From a virus (lineage: Duplodnaviria > Caudoviricetes), in the IMG/VR virus record IMGVR_UViG_3300025665_000467, positions 1 through 40,032 of that record: DNA of 40,032 bases; one strand, 5' to 3'. The first letter of the stretch is position 1. Each line of letters begins with the position of its first letter. This document shows, piece after piece, positions 36,358 through 40,032 of the stretch. Position numbers and translations under genes: made by a program. Below the pieces are notes generated by a model that was not told the origin of the DNA, made no database searches, and saw only the letters and a program-made list of their open reading frames with translations.

Positions 36358-37098
36358 ATGTCTAAGCAAAGAGTAGTAAATGATAGTTTTTGGACAGACC
36401 CTTATGTTGAGGATTTAGACCCATCTGAAAAATTACTATTTATATATCTTCTAACCAACCCACTATGCAATGTGGCAGGTATTTATGAGATAAAAATTAA
36501 ACGTATAGCCTATGAAACAGGCTTTGATAAGGAGATGGTGGAGAAGATTTTAGGTCGGTTTGAAAAAGATGACAAACTTATGAAGAAAGACGACTGGTTA
36601 ATCGTAGTCAATTTTGCAAAAAACCAAGCAAATAACCCAAATATCCTAAAAGGAATGCAAAGAATTATAGGAGAATTACCTGATAAAATAAAGGCTTTGA
36701 AAGGCTTTGAAAGGCTACCCCACTTTACTTTACTTAACTTAACCTTACCTAACTTAACTAAACCTAACGGAAGTCCTTCTAAAAAAACCTCTAATATTAG
36801 TTTTACAGCCGACGATATGAAACTAGTAGATTTAATGGTTGCGTTAATTCAGAGGAATAACCCCGATTGGCAGATGAAAGGAAATCGTGATACTTGGGCT
36901 GAGCATATAGATAAACTTCATAGGATAGATGGTCGTACCTATGAGCAGATAGAGTTTATGATTAAATGGACACAGCAGGATAGTTTCTGGTCGCAGAATA
37001 TTTTATCAACAGCTAAGCTCCGAGAAAAGTTTAATAGTTTGATACCTAAACTAAAAAAGATTAAAACAGGTCGTCAAGCAACAGAAGTAATATTTTAA
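36358..37098 (+). CDS. Phage replication initiator (N-terminal winged helix, C-terminal DnaD/O-like domain)
   Basis: SFWTD..V.DL...EKLLFIYLLTNP...GIYEI....IAYETG; C-terminal DGRT.EQI...I.W.QQDSFW..NILS.AKLREKF. Confidence 0.85.
   Translation: MSKQRVVNDSFWTDPYVEDLDPSEKLLFIYLLTNPLCNVAGIYEIKIKRIAYETGFDKEMVEKILGRFEKDDKLMKKDDWLIVVNFAKNQANNPNILKGMQRIIGELPDKIKALKGFERLPHFTLLNLTLPNLTKPNGSPSKKTSNISFTADDMKLVDLMVALIQRNNPDWQMKGNRDTWAEHIDKLHRIDGRTYEQIEFMIKWTQQDSFWSQNILSTAKLREKFNSLIPKLKKIKTGRQATEVIF
36691..36768 (+). repeat. Putative replication origin repeats within initiator linker
   Basis: AAGGCTTTGA x2.5 then nine degenerate 5-mers C(T/C)T(T/A)A. Confidence 0.6.
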
Positions 37099-37100
37099 TT

Positions 37101-37520
37101 ATGAAGAATTTATATTTCAAAGCACAAATAAACTTTAACGGAGAAAGTATACCAATTACAACACCAGAAGACTTGGAAAAAGCTCTTTATCTTTTCCAGT
37201 CAAAGAAAGATGGTTTCATAGGTGGTCGTCCTATTCGTGGGGTAGACATCATCACAGTCAAAGAAGATTGGAATAGAGAACTTGGAGTAGCACCAGATTG
37301 GAAACTAGACGGAGAAGACCACGCTATCCTTGCAAGAAATGGAGCTAAAGACAGATACGCAGGAATTATTGGAAAATATACAAGGCGAGTAGAGTTTCTA
37401 ATTGGAAATGGAATGATTAACTTAGTAGGAAAAAAAGCTGATATACCACAATTAGATAATCCTATAAATAAAGAATTGACTGATGGTGTTGAAAGCGTAG
37501 CCAATAAAATGAAAATATGA
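37101..37520 (+). CDS. Hypothetical protein (helicase-loader position)
   Basis: Directly downstream of initiator. Confidence 0.6.
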   Translation: MKNLYFKAQINFNGESIPITTPEDLEKALYLFQSKKDGFIGGRPIRGVDIITVKEDWNRELGVAPDWKLDGEDHAILARNGAKDRYAGIIGKYTRRVEFLIGNGMINLVGKKADIPQLDNPINKELTDGVESVANKMKI

Positions 37521-37771
37521 GTAAGAAGAAAAAGAAAAACTACGAAATAATAGGGGATGGCGAGATTTGTAAATGTGGTAAACCTATGCAAAGAAGAGAA
37601 AAAATAAGAGTAACAGATAAGATGAAAAGTGGAGCTTACTATTACAAAGAATACGACTACTGCGTTCCCTGTAAAAGAATTGTGCTGTATGACCACCACA
37701 AAGTAATGAACTCTAAAGGACATCTATATGAAGAAATAAATCGGCAGAATGACTTTATTAAAAGTATTTAA
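37517..37771 (+). CDS. Small zinc-ribbon protein
   Basis: C.CG...CVPC; ATGA coupling. Confidence 0.6.
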   Translation: MSKKKKKNYEIIGDGEICKCGKPMQRREKIRVTDKMKSGAYYYKEYDYCVPCKRIVLYDHHKVMNSKGHLYEEINRQNDFIKSI

Positions 37772-37809
37772 AAGCATAGATTAGCCACAGCATTAAAGCT
37801 AAAGTAAAT

Positions 37810-38001
37810 ATGAAAGAAATGATAGAAATGAAAAAGAAAGGTTATACATACCAACAAATAGGTGATGTATTTGGAATGAGTCGTCAAGCAGTACACCAAA
37901 AGATTTCTTTGGTAATAGATAAACCAAAACAGAAACCAGATATTCATAAAAGGTTAATAAATGCGATAAATGAAATAAGAAGATACTCTTTTAATAACTA
38001 A
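37810..38001 (+). CDS. HTH DNA-binding protein (sigma70 region 4-like)
   Basis: GYTYQQIGDVFGMSRQAVHQKI. Confidence 0.8.
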   Translation: MKEMIEMKKKGYTYQQIGDVFGMSRQAVHQKISLVIDKPKQKPDIHKRLINAINEIRRYSFNN

Positions 38002-38141
38002 CTTACCAACATTATGAAAATAGAAAAACTAGAACAAACAATAGAAAAATATAACAAGGAAGCACAGAGTAAATTCATTCTAGGTTATTTTAGACAGCCA
38101 GACAAAGAAGACAACGGAGACAACGCTTTTAGGTATTAAGA

Positions 38142-38224
38142 GTTATCAACAGAGGTAGTCTAGACACACACACCAGCTCGTTGTAAAATTAAATAAAGGT
38201 CTAACATATTTATTAGTCTAGACA
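38142..38224 (+). promoter_or_regulatory. Promoter with GTTATCAACA box and two TAGTCTAGACA operator-like sites
   Basis: GTTATCAACA-9-TAGACA-17-TAAAAT; TAGTCTAGACA at 38156-38166 and 38214-38224. Confidence 0.6.
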
Positions 38225-38235
38225 ATTAAAACAAT

Positions 38236-38352
38236 ATGGAAGAAGATACAATACAAGGTACAGAGGAGGAAACACAAGAAGAACTTGAAGCCAGTAGTGA
38301 AGATGGAGAACTAGAAGTAGCAAAAGACAAAGGAGAGGAGGTGGCAGAATAG
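38236..38352 (+). CDS. Very acidic 38-aa peptide (not in ORF track)
   Basis: MEEDTIQGTEEETQEELEASSEDGELEVAKDKGEEVAE*, 17/38 D+E. Confidence 0.55.
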   Translation: MEEDTIQGTEEETQEELEASSEDGELEVAKDKGEEVAE

Positions 38353-38419
38353 TTTTTAGAGATTAGGGTTGTATCCCATAGATGAAAGTCTGCTGTTGCA
38401 ATCCTATTCTTTGAACATT

Positions 38420-38716
38420 ATGGAACTAAAAACATACAAAACAAAACGCCAACACATAATCATCTTAAGAGATGAAGGGTGGAGTATTAACGCCTTACAC
38501 ATGAAGTACCCTGAAATGGATGTAAAAGAAATCTTAATAGAAGAAGGAATACCCACACCTAAAGTAACAGTAACCTCAAGAAGTATTCACATAGCAGAAG
38601 TAGTACAAAATCTTGACTTAGACGGAGATATAATAAAGCCACCAAAGTCATATGAACTTCTTTTAAAGGAAGCCAATAAGAGAAGTAAGAGAATGAATAA
38701 GATAGCTAATTTATGA
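38420..38716 (+). CDS. Hypothetical protein, possible N-terminal HTH
   Basis: ATG at 38420; I..LR.EGWSI..L pattern. Confidence 0.55.
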   Translation: MELKTYKTKRQHIIILRDEGWSINALHMKYPEMDVKEILIEEGIPTPKVTVTSRSIHIAEVVQNLDLDGDIIKPPKSYELLLKEANKRSKRMNKIANL

Positions 38717-39096
38717 AAAGAACACCACTCAGAAGAAAAGGTAAATCAAACGTCTCACAGCTTAGAAATAAGTGTGATAAGTTACTTCAGGAGGAGGGCA
38801 AGAGACGTTACAGGAAATGTGAGGTATGCGATAACCCTATATCTTGCTTGCATCACTTTTTTCCTAAGAGTACATCTTCAAGACTTAGATATGATTGGGG
38901 TAATTTAATACCTATCTGTAATGGGTGTCATATGCGACACCACCAAGCAGGCGACCCAAGTATTCACGCCAAGATTATATTAAACAGAGGGCAGAACTGG
39001 TACGACCAGCTAGATAGAACACGCCACGAAATCATAAGAGTTAATAAAGGATATTACGAGGAGATTTTAGAAGAACTGGAAAATGAACTACTATAA
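38713..39096 (+). CDS. NinG/Rap-like HNH-fold endonuclease
   Basis: MKRTPL.RK, CEVC...HHFFPKS....LRYD..NL..IC..CH..HH. Confidence 0.8.
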   Translation: MKRTPLRRKGKSNVSQLRNKCDKLLQEEGKRRYRKCEVCDNPISCLHHFFPKSTSSRLRYDWGNLIPICNGCHMRHHQAGDPSIHAKIILNRGQNWYDQLDRTRHEIIRVNKGYYEEILEELENELL

Positions 39097-39352
39097 ATTT
39101 ATAAAAGAAACAATAAAGATAATGTTAATGCTTGGGATAGGTATTTTAGTGGGTCAGGCAATTTTTGTTACATATAACTGGAATAACTACCAGATGAACA
39201 GACACATCACTTGTAACACCTCACAGGAAGCCCCAGAACGCCTCAGAAACGATTTAAATAGTAAAGATGAACTTAGGGGCTACGAGGGAGATGCACCGCT
39301 AATAGAGGTAGAAATAGACGAAGACTGGGTTAATCATAAAGCGACTTTTTAG
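39083..39352 (+). CDS. Membrane-anchored hypothetical protein
   Basis: N-terminal TM helix. Confidence 0.55.
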   Translation: MNYYKFIKETIKIMLMLGIGILVGQAIFVTYNWNNYQMNRHITCNTSQEAPERLRNDLNSKDELRGYEGDAPLIEVEIDEDWVNHKATF

Positions 39353-39566
39353 GGGGTATTATAAGGTAACTAATATAATGATAGTAAAAACAGAAAATAA
39401 ATGGAGAGTGATATCAAACACAGGTTCAGGTAAGAACTTTGGTACTTATAATACTGAATTAGAAGCACAAGCAAGACAAAGACAAATAGATTTCTTTACT
39501 AATAGTGCGGGGATAAAAGTTAGAACCAAAAGAGGGCTTGTTTAAAAGGTTATTTGGGAGGGAATA

Positions 39567-39613
39567 GTTACTAACACCCTATCCCTTGACAATGACACCC
39601 TATAGCTTATAAT
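39567..39613 (+). promoter_or_regulatory. Consensus sigma70 promoter with GTTACTAACA box
   Basis: GTTACTAACA-9-TTGACA-16-TATAAT. Confidence 0.7.
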
Positions 39614-39806
39614 AGAAGTATTACTAGATAAGCAATATTGTTATGGAACTAACAACCAAGTGCGAACTATGTGATTATCAGGCCTCATTTTACCGCGATA
39701 TAAAAGACAGGCCATTGCAGGGATGTAAGAATGAGGAATGTCTATTATTCGGGGAAAGATTTGTTATAGGAAGTCCACTACCTAAAGTTTTAAAAGTAAA
39801 TTAAAT

Positions 39807-39950
39807 ATGAAACCATACATAACCCACAAAGGAATGAAAATAGAAGTAGAAATACTAGAAGAAAAAACCTCTTATGGTCGTAAGAGATACTTAATCAAAC
39901 CAACCACAGGAGAAGGCACAGCAGTCGTAGAGAACCTCAAGGGGGTTTAG
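39807..39950 (+). CDS. Small hypothetical protein (47 aa); its 3' end also appears at window start
   Basis: MKPYITHKGMKIEVEILEEKTSYGRKRYLIKPTTGEGTAVVENLKGV*. Confidence 0.6.
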   Translation: MKPYITHKGMKIEVEILEEKTSYGRKRYLIKPTTGEGTAVVENLKGV

Positions 39951-40032
39951 TTCATTGATGGGGGTAAGAGAGGTATAAAATGGTTCTGTATCTTATAGGG
40001 TGTGGCATCCTTAGAAGCGAAATTGCTAAAAT
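39907..40032. repeat. Terminal direct repeat, right copy
   Basis: Identical to 21-146. Confidence 0.95.

Noticed and set aside
1-40032. Alternative genetic code (TGA or TAG recoding)
   Set aside because: Conserved genes are intact in code 11; TGA is used as stop in ATGA overlaps (2938, 4795, 11871) and TAG ends the portal and capsid genes

Overview
The window is an apparently complete ~39.9 kb dsDNA tailed phage genome: 21-146 is repeated exactly at 39907-40032. It is AT-rich and uses genetic code 11. The architecture is podovirus/P22-like: TerS, PBSX-type TerL, portal, scaffold, major capsid, nozzle/adaptor, LysM and other ejection proteins, and a holin/NlpC-P60-like lysis cassette. There is a leftward early region and a rightward replication/nin-like region. 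I found no integrase, polymerase, tRNA or CRISPR array. Highlights: (1) an intact HNH endonuclease gene is nested in the +1 frame inside a stop-free DNA methyltransferase ORF, with no intron or intein. (2) About 8 kb upstream of the terminase encodes a Wbp/Wlb-like nucleotide-sugar pathway with glycosyltransferases, and its acetyltransferase sits between terL and portal. (3) There are several recurrent cis-elements: a DnaA-box-like motif 8-9 bp upstream of the -35 hexamer of six promoters, two paralogous promoter+CCTAACC+terminator leaders in the late region, an attenuator-like leader before the replication initiator, and candidate structured RNAs. The host is unknown; scarce Shine-Dalgarno sites and near-leaderless promoters are compatible with a Patescibacteria/CPR-like host (inference only). 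All product calls come from motif recognition by eye, not from database searches.
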